NCBI GenBank assembly: GCA_038845975.1 | Contig: JAWBQF010000034.1 | Location: 1 to 26,009, forward strand | Length of the DNA stretch: 26,009 nucleotides | DNA from: Candidatus Methanomethylicia archaeon | Lineage (GTDB): Archaea > Thermoproteota > Methanomethylicia > CALHIW01 | Direction of reading: 5' to 3' | Shown: in pieces, positions 8,386-18,125 of the stretch | Layout of the letters: the number at the start of each line of letters is the position of its first letter | Position numbering within the stretch: the stretch's first letter is position 1 | Notes under the pieces: model-generated | Told to the model about the DNA's origin: nothing | Seen by the model: only the letters and a program-made list of their open reading frames with translations | Databases searched by the model: none | Program-made: the position numbers and the translations under genes

Positions 8386-8742
8386 CATGCAGAACTCCAT
8401 ACACAACTCAGAAATAAGATTTAAATGATTTCTGCAATCCCTTCATTTGTAAAATTCCCATACATTAATTTTTAAAGAATTTTAGTCCACAACTTAAGGC
8501 TATAACTTAGCAACTTCATAAAATACTATAATGCAGTAAACCCTATCATTAAGATCATAGCAATCACTAAAATGCATGATTTTCATTGAAATGTATAGAG
8601 ATGCTGCATATTTATCATAAGAAGTCACATTATAATTATTTTCACATGAAGTGTGATTATTTATATATGACTACCTTCAAATCACAAGATTCTATGTATT
8701 AAATTTATAAATTGTATGTGTTTTTGTATACTTGGTGTCTTA

Positions 8743-9258
8743 ATGGAGAATAGTAACTCTAAGATTGAATGTCCAGTTTGTCACAAATTCATGGACTTCA
8801 CAGCATTTCCATACAATACCCCAAACTATGGTGAAATACTTATAATGATTATTTCATGTCCCTCATGTAACTATAAAGATGTTTCCATTACGTCATTTAA
8901 ATCATCTAATCCGAAACGTATAATCTTTAAAGTTGAAAATAAAGATGACCTTTTCGTAAGGGTTATTAAATCAGAGGCATGTACTGTTAGTATTCCAGAG
9001 CTTAACATTGTTATTGAACCTTGCTCCAAGAGTCAAATTATGGTTACAAATATTGAAGGGCTATTAAACTGGATTAAGGATCTTATACTGGAAGCAAAGG
9101 TAATTTTAGAATCTGATGAAGGTAAGCTAAAATGTCTTGAAATAGTTAGAAAAATAGATGATACAATTAATGGTAGATATATCCTAACAATTATTCTTGA
9201 GGATACAAGTGGAAATAGTATACTTCTTTCTGACAAGGCTAATGTTGAGGATTATTAA
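8743..9258 (+). CDS. ZPR1-type zinc finger protein
   Basis: CPVC...CPSC, PNYGEILI, IPELNIVIEP, TNIEGLL, EDTSGNS. Likely start ATG 8743; the ORF opens at 8716. Confidence 0.92.
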   Translation: MENSNSKIECPVCHKFMDFTAFPYNTPNYGEILIMIISCPSCNYKDVSITSFKSSNPKRIIFKVENKDDLFVRVIKSEACTVSIPELNIVIEPCSKSQIMVTNIEGLLNWIKDLILEAKVILESDEGKLKCLEIVRKIDDTINGRYILTIILEDTSGNSILLSDKANVEDY

Positions 9259-9317
9259 TTCGCCATTTTTACGATATCTAATATTATTTACCCTCTTAAT
9301 AACTATAGGGGTAAGAT

Positions 9318-9602
9318 ATTCCTAATCTTGAAGACTATATTATAGCTCTACTAGCTATAAATAATGAGCTAAACGGTATAAGTTTATTTAACCTCTTTTA
9401 TAAATTAAGACCTCTAATCAAAAATGATCTTAACAGTTTGATCGCATACTTAATTGAAATGTACTTCAGAGGTTTAATAAAGATTGATTTTAACAATAAA
9501 TTTTGGAAAATAAGCATAACACACTTAGGTAAAGAACGCTTTCTTGAAATAGTTAATTTATTAAATTCAAAATTAATCATGTCTATACAAAATAAGACTT
9601 AG
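9318..9602 (+). CDS. Putative PadR-like winged-helix protein (94 aa) with non-canonical ATT start; absent from the ORF track
   Basis: Frame is open 9315-9602: IPNLEDYIIALLAINNELNGISLFNLFYKLRPLIKNDLNSLIAYLIEMYFRGLIKIDFNNKFWKISITHLGKERFLEIV... GGGGT SD-like sequence lies just upstream, and the stop overlaps the convergent Sec61beta stop. Confidence 0.6.
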   Translation: MPNLEDYIIALLAINNELNGISLFNLFYKLRPLIKNDLNSLIAYLIEMYFRGLIKIDFNNKFWKISITHLGKERFLEIVNLLNSKLIMSIQNKT

Positions 9603-9799
9603 AATGGTAATAATGGTCTAGCCCATAGAATTACAACTAAAGCTATGAATCCTATAGCCATTAGGATGACATACTTAGGCTTAATTTTTATTCCGTATGT
9701 TTCTTCCTCAAAAAATCTAATAAGACCAGCTCCCGTTACTGGCATTGTTTCCTTTCCCCTTCTGGTTTCCTTCCTTTTTTTAACCCTAGACAAAAGCAT
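9599..9799 (-). CDS. secG: Preprotein translocase subunit Sec61beta
   Basis: Basic N-terminus, GAGLIRFFEEE...IKIKP motif, single C-terminal TM helix. The exact start is uncertain. Confidence 0.92.
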   Translation of the reverse strand: MLLSRVKKRKETRRGKETMPVTGAGLIRFFEEETYGIKIKPKYVILMAIGFIALVVILWARPLLPF

Positions 9800-10199
9800 C
9801 ACCGAATACTGAAATACCCTAAAGCGATTAAGGGTAAACAATATATAAGTTTATCGCAAAGTTTTTCCGTTTCTTTTTTGAAGTTTAAGCACGTTTTCAT
9901 GAAGTATAAATAGGAGCATGTCAAATTTATTAGCGTTAACTGCTAATTTCATGGATATGCTTAACTGAGTATACTATGTAGAATTAATCACTAACAAAAT
10001 ACCTGAGTAAAACAATTAGTGTCAAGGCTTGTTTAAAGAGTATAAAACTTTAAATATCCATTTTTTATGGTAAAAACGAGAAGATTTTCTACAAGACTTG
10101 TAGTCTCTGTAGGTTTAAATATGTAATAATTGATGGCCTAAGTTCCAGACAAAGATTTTCTAGGAAAATTTAAAAAATACTATATGAAATATTTTGTAG

Positions 10200-11540
10200 G
10201 TGTTGTATTTGAGTTCCACTTATCACCTTAACTACTATAGTAGAGTATTCGAATTAATGATTGAACACCATAACTGGATGTCCAAAACTATAAATCTTAT
10301 TGCAAGTGAAAATATAGCTAGTCCTGCAGTAAGAGAAGCTATGATTTGTGATTTTCATAATCGTTATGCTGAAGGCTGGCCAGGTGAACGTGTTTATGCT
10401 GGATGTAAGTACATTGATCAAGTAGAGCTTTTAACGATTGAACTGGCTAAAAAAATTTTTAATGCTGAATTTGTCGATGTTAGACCTATTTCAGGTGTTG
10501 TTGCAAATCTTGTTGTTTACACAGCCTTTACAGAGCCAGGCGATGTAATGATGTCTCTTTCTATACCTTGCGGTGGGCATATAAGTACTGGAAAAAAGGA
10601 GCTTTGGGGCACTGCTGGTATAGTTCATGGCCTTAATGTCGAGTATTTCCCTTATGACATCGATGAACTGAATATAGATGTGGATGCAACGATAAAGAGA
10701 ATAAAAACCTTAAAAAATGAAAATAAACCTATAAAGCTTTTGATGTTCGGCGCATCAGTTTTTCCATTTCCTCATCCGGTTAAAGAAATAGCTCCCATCG
10801 CGCATGATCTTGGAATAACTGTTGCTTATGATGCGGCTCATGTACTTGGATTGATTGCTGGTGGATTTTTCCAAGATCCCCTAAGAGAAGGCGTTGATGT
10901 TATCTCAGCTTCTACCCATAAGACTCTTCCAGGACCCCAGCACGGTATAGTAATATCATGGAGTAAATATTCCGACTTAATTAAAAAATCATCTTTTCCA
11001 GGATTATTGAGTAATCATCATCTTCATAACGTGGCAGCATTATGTATAGCTCTATCCGAAATGGCTCAATTTGGTAGAGAATATGCTAAACAAATTATTA
11101 AGAATGCTAAGGCTCTTGCCCAGGCTTTACATGAGCGGGGATTTAAGGTTCTTGGTGAAAGAAAAGGATTTACCCAAAGTCATGTTGTTTTATTAGATAC
11201 TGTAGCTTCATGTGGAATTGGTGGACATGAAGCTGAAAGAAGACTTGAAGATTCAAACATCATAGTTAATAGAAACCTGTTACCATATGATCTCAAGAAA
11301 TATAAACGTCATTATATGGATCCCGGGGGAATTAGACTCGGTACTGCAGAAGTGACTCGATTAGGAATGAAAGAATCTGATATGGAAGCAATTGCTGATT
11401 TTATTACTGACGTCCTTATCAAAAATAAACCCTCTATTGAGGTTTCTAAAAGTGTTGCAGAGTTTAGAAGAAACTTCAATAAATGTCATTATTGTTTTGA
11501 TAGCGTTCGTGAAGCTTATGAATACATAAAGCTTAGGTAG
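10200..11540 (+). CDS. glyA: Serine hydroxymethyltransferase
   Basis: NLIASEN, RYAEGWPG.R.Y.G, YDAAHVLGLIAG, PLP lysine STHKTLPGPQ, GIRLGT. Confidence 0.97.
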   Translation: MLYLSSTYHLNYYSRVFELMIEHHNWMSKTINLIASENIASPAVREAMICDFHNRYAEGWPGERVYAGCKYIDQVELLTIELAKKIFNAEFVDVRPISGVVANLVVYTAFTEPGDVMMSLSIPCGGHISTGKKELWGTAGIVHGLNVEYFPYDIDELNIDVDATIKRIKTLKNENKPIKLLMFGASVFPFPHPVKEIAPIAHDLGITVAYDAAHVLGLIAGGFFQDPLREGVDVISASTHKTLPGPQHGIVISWSKYSDLIKKSSFPGLLSNHHLHNVAALCIALSEMAQFGREYAKQIIKNAKALAQALHERGFKVLGERKGFTQSHVVLLDTVASCGIGGHEAERRLEDSNIIVNRNLLPYDLKKYKRHYMDPGGIRLGTAEVTRLGMKESDMEAIADFITDVLIKNKPSIEVSKSVAEFRRNFNKCHYCFDSVREAYEYIKLR

Positions 11541-11836
11541 TGATCTATTTGAGAATTGAAGACCTCCAAAATTTAATGAAAAATTTATATTATAATAGGG
11601 ATAAAGCTAGAGGCGTTGATAAAACTTTTATGTGGTATATCGAAGAGCTTGGCGAACTTGTTAAAGCAATAAGAAGTAATAATAAAGTTTCTATAGAGGA
11701 AGAACTTGCAGACAGTATGGCGTGGTTGCTCTCAATAGCCAACTTGTTTGATATAAAACTAGGGGAAGTGATAACTGCCAAATATAATGGAGTATGCCCA
11801 AAGTGTAAGAATATTCCTTGTAAATGCATTGTTTAA
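11540..11836 (+). CDS. MazG-like NTP pyrophosphohydrolase with C-terminal Cys cluster
   Basis: EELGEL...EEELAD motif and CPKCKNIPCKC. Start overlaps the glyA stop. Confidence 0.9.
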   Translation: MIYLRIEDLQNLMKNLYYNRDKARGVDKTFMWYIEELGELVKAIRSNNKVSIEEELADSMAWLLSIANLFDIKLGEVITAKYNGVCPKCKNIPCKCIV

Positions 11837-11849
11837 TTTAGGTGCATCT

Positions 11850-12674
11850 ATGAGAGTTAAAGATCTAATGTCAATTCCAATCTATATGGAAATTCCAACG
11901 TCCCGTAGAGAACTTCTTGAATTTATGAAGAAAAGAAACATCAATTTTGTTCCACTAGTAAAAAGAAATACAAAAAAGGTTGTTGGTGTGATAACTAGAA
12001 ACGATTTACTTCGGCATCCTGACGAAGAGCAAATAGCCTTGATTATGAATCGTAACTTATTGACTGTTACTCCCAATACAAGTATTACTGAGGCCGCGAA
12101 AAAAATTCTTGATAATAACCAGAGATATTTACTAGTTGTTGATGATGAACTTAAAGGTGTGCTTTCAGTTGCAGATATCGTTTGGAAGTTTATAGCCATT
12201 CAACAGTTTAATGAAACTGTTGAACAATTTATGAGTCGAAAATTTCTATGCTTATGGCATCATACTCCAGTCAAAGTAGCTTATAAAATAATGAAATTTG
12301 ATGGAGCAGAGGCAGCACCTGTAATTGATGATCGTTCTACACTTGTAGGTTTTATAACTATATCTGATATTTTAAATGCAGTTCAAGTAATCATAAAAGA
12401 TAAAACATCACATCTAAGCACATCTGGAGAATCTCAAGAATGGGATTGGGATGTAAGTTCTGTAGTATATATAACAAAGGAAGAACTTGAATTCCCTGAT
12501 AAAACAGTTGCAGACATTATGTCTAAGAAGGTATACACTGTAGCTACATCCACAACAATATCTGAATGTGCTAGAAAAATGAGAAAACTAGATATAGATC
12601 AAATGCCTGTAACAGATGCTAATGGAAATCTAGTTGGTATTATTCGTGATATACACTTATTATCCGCTTTATAG
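11850..12674 (+). CDS. Tandem CBS-domain protein (4 CBS)
   Basis: MRVKDLMS, VVGVITRNDL, LKGVLSVADI, LVGFITISDI, LVGIIRDIHL. AGGTG SD precedes ATG 11850. Confidence 0.9.
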   Translation: MRVKDLMSIPIYMEIPTSRRELLEFMKKRNINFVPLVKRNTKKVVGVITRNDLLRHPDEEQIALIMNRNLLTVTPNTSITEAAKKILDNNQRYLLVVDDELKGVLSVADIVWKFIAIQQFNETVEQFMSRKFLCLWHHTPVKVAYKIMKFDGAEAAPVIDDRSTLVGFITISDILNAVQVIIKDKTSHLSTSGESQEWDWDVSSVVYITKEELEFPDKTVADIMSKKVYTVATSTTISECARKMRKLDIDQMPVTDANGNLVGIIRDIHLLSAL

Positions 12675-12757
12675 CCATTAGGAAAACATTCAGTAACTAA
12701 AGTTGTTAAAAATTATAGAAGTGAGGGGCTTTCAGAGAGTTACTTTTTATAATAAAC

Positions 12758-15700
12758 TTATAATAGCTTAAGTTGTTTCCCATCTTCAGAATTAAACATG
12801 GATTTAAGTGAATCACTGATTAACTTTATTCTTTGAGCTGTATACTCATCAATTCTATATTTTTCAGCTATTAGATATATGAACTCAAGATATTTTTTGA
12901 CGTTTGCCTCATGAACTGTGAGAAGTAATTTGCTTCCACATTTCTTACATCGACCAGAAATTGGTATTCTTCTATATAATGAATTACATTTAATACATCT
13001 AACTTTTTGTGTTAAAAACGATTTTAAATTACCTATAAGATCTGGTAAGAAATGATGTGATAATAATCTTATTGCTACTTCAGTCGCATCGACAGCTAAG
13101 ATTTTATGTGCCAACTCCATTTGCAACTTCACTTTATCTTTAATGTTTTTTAATCTCTTGTATATATTCGTTTTAGGACCGCTATTAATTGATACAGTAT
13201 CATGTAAAAATTTAATACATGTATACTGACTTTGTTTTTCTAAATGATTTTTTACTATATCTACAATATTTAATACATCTTTAGGTTCGAGGCATTTTAA
13301 ACTACTTTCATAAAATTCCAAACTAAATCTACTATGTGTTTCAATATTGTGCGATTCATCATCAACTTCTACCGGATTAAGATTTATTGTCAGTAAGTAT
13401 ACACTATCCATTAGTCCCCCTCTTTTACTAGGGAGGTAATATGTTGAGAAATTTATTAAGGCATCTAAAGCTAAAATAATAGAATCCTCATCTCCATCAC
13501 AATTTCTCCTCTTAGCAGCATGCCAGTATGGATGAGCATAACAAACATTAGCGTCTGTGAAGCCTATAATGCGTCCAATCACTCCTGAATATGTGTGTGG
13601 TGCAAGGCCAACAATTAAATGACCAATAAGATCCTCGGATTGTTTAACATTATAATATGGGCTAAGACCATAAAATTTGACTAGTAGATCATCAATAAAA
13701 TTAGCTATTCTGATTAAGTACTCTGAAGAATTTTTTGGAAGGATTACATCTTGAATTTTAAGCTCTAGTATCTGCTCTTCATCTTCAAGCTCTTCCCCCA
13801 GAAAATCTTTTTCATATCCTAGCTTTTTCAGAGTACTTATAGGTGTACCTATTTCTCTGGGTTTAAAATGTGTTAACGGCGCATTGGTAACATCAAATCT
13901 AATAGTTCCATCCTTGTATACATATAAATCATAAAAAGATCTTAGTAATCCCTTTTCAATAGGTTCCGGAACTTTATATAAACTGCTTAATCTCCTAACT
14001 CCTTTTAAATGCCTAATATTAATTCCAAGTCCCCTTATAGCTTTAGAAATTTCGGTATCAACATCAATTATATATCCCTTATATGTACTCAGGGAACTAT
14101 TGCAAAATTGGCATTTTTCCATATTTGAGTTTAGTACTGCATTGCATTTGTTACAATATTTCCATAAACTTTTATATAATGTCCTTCCACAATTAGGACA
14201 AACACTTTTATAGGTAATACAACCACAAGCATCACATTTTCTAATACATAACTCAACAAATGTTTTTTGATACTTCTCTTTAATTTTTACTAGGTCTCTA
14301 ACTACCCTTCCAGTCGGAAATAATACCTGAACTGGTGGTTTTAAAATTCGTCTTTTAGCTTTTTCAGGTCTACCGATACGTGCCCCTATAAATGAAGTAT
14401 ACTTTGGCCTTAACTTTATACCTGAAATTGTGCTAAGTACTTCAAAAGGATCTTTTAATTTAGGAAAATGCTCTATTTTAACATCTATCAATAGTCTTTT
14501 AAGAATTATGATTTCCTCATCAAGGTAGATATGCCCATCGATTACCTCATGTGGTATTAATGCCTTTTCAAGGATCCTTTTACATTCTGGCACCATTTTA
14601 AGACGAACATCGCTAACCTCCTGCGAATCCTCTAAGGCTTTCAGAATCCAGTTCCTTAATATTAGTACCTCATCAATATTTAGCTTTTTCCAGTCATATA
14701 CATATTTTGGATGTAATGGAATACCTAATAATTCTGAGATTTTTAAAGCATCAGAAGCACTTGGTTTTTCTCTTAATGGATTCTTAAGGTACTTAATCAG
14801 TTTTTCTACTTCAATGCCAACGTGTAACGCCGCCTCTTCTACATTACCACTAAACTTTTGATTAATTACACCAACTAGTTCTTCAGCCCACCACTCCTCA
14901 CAATATCCTGCAGGGATTAGAGGATGATTATTCTCAAGAAAGTCACCAAATGATATTAACATGTCTCCAAGAAAGAGAATTTCGGATATATCTTCATATT
15001 TTGTATTTATGTTAGCTAATACGACTGATCCATTTTTTAATTTAACTATTGGGGGTTCAATAGTGTCTACTGGTAATACTATTGCGCTTTTTCCAGGTCT
15101 TTCTAATCTTAATTGTGTTCCTATGGCTATTGTTTCATTTAGAATGATCATGGTAGCCGGATGAATTCCTACTGCAGCTAATCCTGTATTTCTAGCTCTA
15201 CCATATCTTAGTCTGAACCCTCCGGTTTGAGATGGTCCTGAAAGTATAGGTCTTCCAGCAATTATGTCAGTCATGTATTTGTCATTAGGCTTTATTCCTG
15301 AAATACTTTGATCTTCATTATCAGTTTTAATATCTTTTAGCCAGCTCCACCCCTCAAGGCCTAGCTGGCTAACTATTTTCCATATTTTATTAGCCTTACC
15401 CACAATTCCATCATTTATAACTCTTAACGCTCCACCCCTAACAGCGTTTGTTTCGATTCTTCTTAAATTTCTATGTCCTGTAACCTCTAGAGGATCCGTA
15501 GCTATACCAGTGACCTCAACTGGTAATCTCCATAGGACATATCTTAGAACATCATCATTAACATGATATTGAAACCTACTAATAGATCTTTCATAAGTTC
15601 TAAGCTCCTCAATAAACCTCTCAATCTCGACACTTACTGGTTTATATCTATCAAGTTTCAGAAGATTTCTCATATAGTCTCCAATAATAACTGTTAATCC

Positions 15701-16153
15701 TTGTTCAGTTCCTCCTGCACTTCTTATTGGTCCTGCATAGTATATTGCTAGATATAGTGTACCGTCAAAATTCTTTTTTATCTTTACTGAATCTATCCCT
15801 TCAAGAGGTGATGCTGTTATTCCCTCTGTTAAAATAGCTAATGCGGTTCTTAATCCTAATTCAGCTGCTCTTTCATCAGTAAATTCCCCAAACTTACCAT
15901 ATATTATTTCTTCAACTATCTTAAATGCTGTTTGCACTCTATCAATTGACCCTAGAAGTTCCCTTATTCTTTTAGCTAATCCGGTTAGCTTTAATGCTCC
16001 TTCAACTCTTTCTGCCAAATCTTTAGCAAGGGTAACTTCAACTGTTACTGCTGGATCTAAGCCCCTACTTCTTGCTTTTTGTGCAATAGAATATATTTCA
16101 ATAACCCTTTTATCGATATCCTTAAAATAATGGGCATTTGATGATAAAGTCAT
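12758..16153 (-). CDS. polC: DNA polymerase D large subunit DP2
   Basis: YAGPIRSAGGT, GGFRLRYGRARNTG, GRPEKAK, KDGTIRFD, catalytic AAKRRNCDGDED, Zn fingers. No intein is apparent at this length. Confidence 0.97.
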   Translation of the reverse strand: MTLSSNAHYFKDIDKRVIEIYSIAQKARSRGLDPAVTVEVTLAKDLAERVEGALKLTGLAKRIRELLGSIDRVQTAFKIVEEIIYGKFGEFTDERAAELGLRTALAILTEGITASPLEGIDSVKIKKNFDGTLYLAIYYAGPIRSAGGTEQGLTVIIGDYMRNLLKLDRYKPVSVEIERFIEELRTYERSISRFQYHVNDDVLRYVLWRLPVEVTGIATDPLEVTGHRNLRRIETNAVRGGALRVINDGIVGKANKIWKIVSQLGLEGWSWLKDIKTDNEDQSISGIKPNDKYMTDIIAGRPILSGPSQTGGFRLRYGRARNTGLAAVGIHPATMIILNETIAIGTQLRLERPGKSAIVLPVDTIEPPIVKLKNGSVVLANINTKYEDISEILFLGDMLISFGDFLENNHPLIPAGYCEEWWAEELVGVINQKFSGNVEEAALHVGIEVEKLIKYLKNPLREKPSASDALKISELLGIPLHPKYVYDWKKLNIDEVLILRNWILKALEDSQEVSDVRLKMVPECKRILEKALIPHEVIDGHIYLDEEIIILKRLLIDVKIEHFPKLKDPFEVLSTISGIKLRPKYTSFIGARIGRPEKAKRRILKPPVQVLFPTGRVVRDLVKIKEKYQKTFVELCIRKCDACGCITYKSVCPNCGRTLYKSLWKYCNKCNAVLNSNMEKCQFCNSSLSTYKGYIIDVDTEISKAIRGLGINIRHLKGVRRLSSLYKVPEPIEKGLLRSFYDLYVYKDGTIRFDVTNAPLTHFKPREIGTPISTLKKLGYEKDFLGEELEDEEQILELKIQDVILPKNSSEYLIRIANFIDDLLVKFYGLSPYYNVKQSEDLIGHLIVGLAPHTYSGVIGRIIGFTDANVCYAHPYWHAAKRRNCDGDEDSIILALDALINFSTYYLPSKRGGLMDSVYLLTINLNPVEVDDESHNIETHSRFSLEFYESSLKCLEPKDVLNIVDIVKNHLEKQSQYTCIKFLHDTVSINSGPKTNIYKRLKNIKDKVKLQMELAHKILAVDATEVAIRLLSHHFLPDLIGNLKSFLTQKVRCIKCNSLYRRIPISGRCKKCGSKLLLTVHEANVKKYLEFIYLIAEKYRIDEYTAQRIKLISDSLKSMFNSEDGKQLKLL

Positions 16154-16167
16154 AAAGATTCTTAAAT

Positions 16168-16410
16168 TTAGGATCCTACTTCTTTATAATACTTATCCAT
16201 AAATCTATTATATATATCCACTTCCTCTGATGGGGGTGCATATTTAATTGTATCATTTGCTCCGCACTTACCACATCTTACAAAGGCCTCATTTACCTTC
16301 TCATTTACATCTATAGTTATAGATCTATTACCACAATATGGACATATAAATATTGATGGTATCCTCTTTATCACTCTTTTGATAATTTTTCTTCTTCTTC
16401 TTCCTCCCAT
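16168..16410 (-). CDS. elf1: Transcription elongation factor Elf1-like
   Basis: Basic MGGRRRRK N-terminus, FICPYCG...CGKCG Zn ribbon, VDIYNRFMD. Confidence 0.9.
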   Translation of the reverse strand: MGGRRRRKIIKRVIKRIPSIFICPYCGNRSITIDVNEKVNEAFVRCGKCGANDTIKYAPPSEEVDIYNRFMDKYYKEVGS

Positions 16411-16787
16411 AACTCTATCTACAAAAGCTTACTTAAAAACTTAAATACAACTAATCATAGTTCTGTGAACTTTTCATATTGCAGAGAAGTCTAAATTTTC
16501 CAATTACTATAAATTATTTGTATAAACTTCAGTTCTTTTAACTGAACCACTAAGAAGTAAACCATGTCTCTTTAAGCTTTAAGTATGAAAATATATGTGG
16601 CTAATGACCTAAGCTAACAAGATAGTCGGTTAGTTAAGTTAATTTTTAATTCAGAGGCTAAAATAGGTTCATAGTTAAAGGTAAAGCTAAGTATTTATGT
16701 TCTTAAAATGAAATAGATTATGTTAATTCATTAGTTCTATGGTGTTTACACTAAACTTAAATTAAACCTGGATACTAATTATTTGAG

Positions 16788-17198
16788 GTGAACTTTATGG
16801 ATATTCCCTTTATATCTGCCGATAGATACTATACAAAAACTCATGAGTGGGCTCTGGTTGAAAATGGCCTTATTAAAGTAGGAATAACTGACTATGCACA
16901 AAGACAACTACATGAAATAGTGGGTTGTGAGCTTCCTGAGGAAGGAAGGGAAATTAGAAAAGGTGAAATTCTAGGTGTTGTCAGCTCTGTAAAAGCCGTT
17001 GCTGATGTTTATTCTCCTGTTTCTGGGAAAATAGTTAAAGTAAACAAAGCTCTTGAAGTTAAACCAGAATTACTAAATCTAGATCCATATGGTGAAGGAT
17101 GGATTGCTATAATTGATCCTACAGATATGAAAGAACTAGAGACATTATTAAAACCAAATGAGTATCAGGCAGAGATAATAAAAGAAAAAATGACATAA
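16788..17198 (+). CDS. gcvH: Glycine cleavage system H protein (lipoyl carrier)
   Basis: YYTKTHEW, VGITDYAQ, SVKA lipoyl lysine, SPVSG, NLDPYGEGWI. Confidence 0.93.
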   Translation: MNFMDIPFISADRYYTKTHEWALVENGLIKVGITDYAQRQLHEIVGCELPEEGREIRKGEILGVVSSVKAVADVYSPVSGKIVKVNKALEVKPELLNLDPYGEGWIAIIDPTDMKELETLLKPNEYQAEIIKEKMT

Positions 17199-17346
17199 AT
17201 TCATAAATTTGTGTATACCTAACTAGAAATAATTTTATTATCTGTAGCCCAATTTTGAAATTTATAAATTTAATCCTGTATAGAATAAATGCAAGAAACT
17301 TCAGTAAACAGTTTATAATCATAGTACTTAACGGATTTTTAGAAAT

Positions 17347-17855
17347 GGCTTTGTTAACTTAGGCATGTTTATTATTTTTATTTTGGTACTTTTCTATGGA
17401 TTCTTGGCTTATATCTTCTTATTCTATGTTTGCTTAGTTTCATGAATATTAATACATGTTCATTACTACACTTATCCTTCATAATGGTATTGAGTATGTA
17501 TTTGATGTTTGAATCATAGATAGCCTTTATCTTCTAAGGAATGTTAAAGTGTATGTGTATTGCAACATCAAACAATATGTAGAGAACCCTCTAATAATTA
17601 TTCAAATACAACATACATGACCACCCATAGAACCTACTAATAATAGTATTATTAACCATCTAATAATCAAACTCAATAGAAGCTTAAGATAAACCATAAA
17701 ACAAATACAACCCTACAAAATAAACAAAATTCTAAAGACATACCAGATAACAAACATACAACAACATAAACAAAACAAACAAAGCACCCACCCCAATAAG
17801 ATAACATTAGACCTACCAACACCATAAATAAGGAAGAAATAAAGCTAACAAAGCC
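17347..17855 (-). mobile_element. IS6-derived non-autonomous element/MITE (509 bp)
   Basis: TIRs GGCTTTGTTAACTT and AAGCTAACAAAGCC. Colinear, deleted homologue of 23894-24626, and its right end is nearly identical to 25872-26009. No TSD. Confidence 0.85.
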
Positions 17856-18125
17856 CGACTAGCCAATGTAAAAAGATAAAAAGATGCTTGAATACTGATT
17901 GCCCATACTCTCTAAACCATTTGAGAAAATGAACCCAAGTTGTCAAGATTCCCTTATTATCACATTAAACTCCACAGAGCAATACATAAGCTATATATAA
18001 AGGCTTTAAAGAATTAAAGTACTATATTTTTTAGAAAGTTTTAGGTTATGCAATCATCGGATTATGCTAAGCTAAGATTGCAACTCGACAAAATTACGTA
18101 AAATACTATAGTGGAACTAAGTTTT

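Noticed and set aside
8155-8406. 83-aa ORF as a functional gene
   Set aside because: Its only recognisable part is an IS5 transposase C-terminal fragment.
9398-9580. 60-aa minus-strand ORF
   Set aside because: It is antisense to the better-supported plus-strand wHTH frame.
17119-17322. 67-aa ORF (and likewise 25714-25929)
   Set aside because: Low-complexity hydrophobic frames that overlap real genes or MITE ends.
17690-17800. A/C-rich tract considered as a CRISPR array or microsatellite
   Set aside because: No regular repeat-spacer period; it is internal to the IS6-derived MITE. No CRISPR array was seen anywhere in the window.
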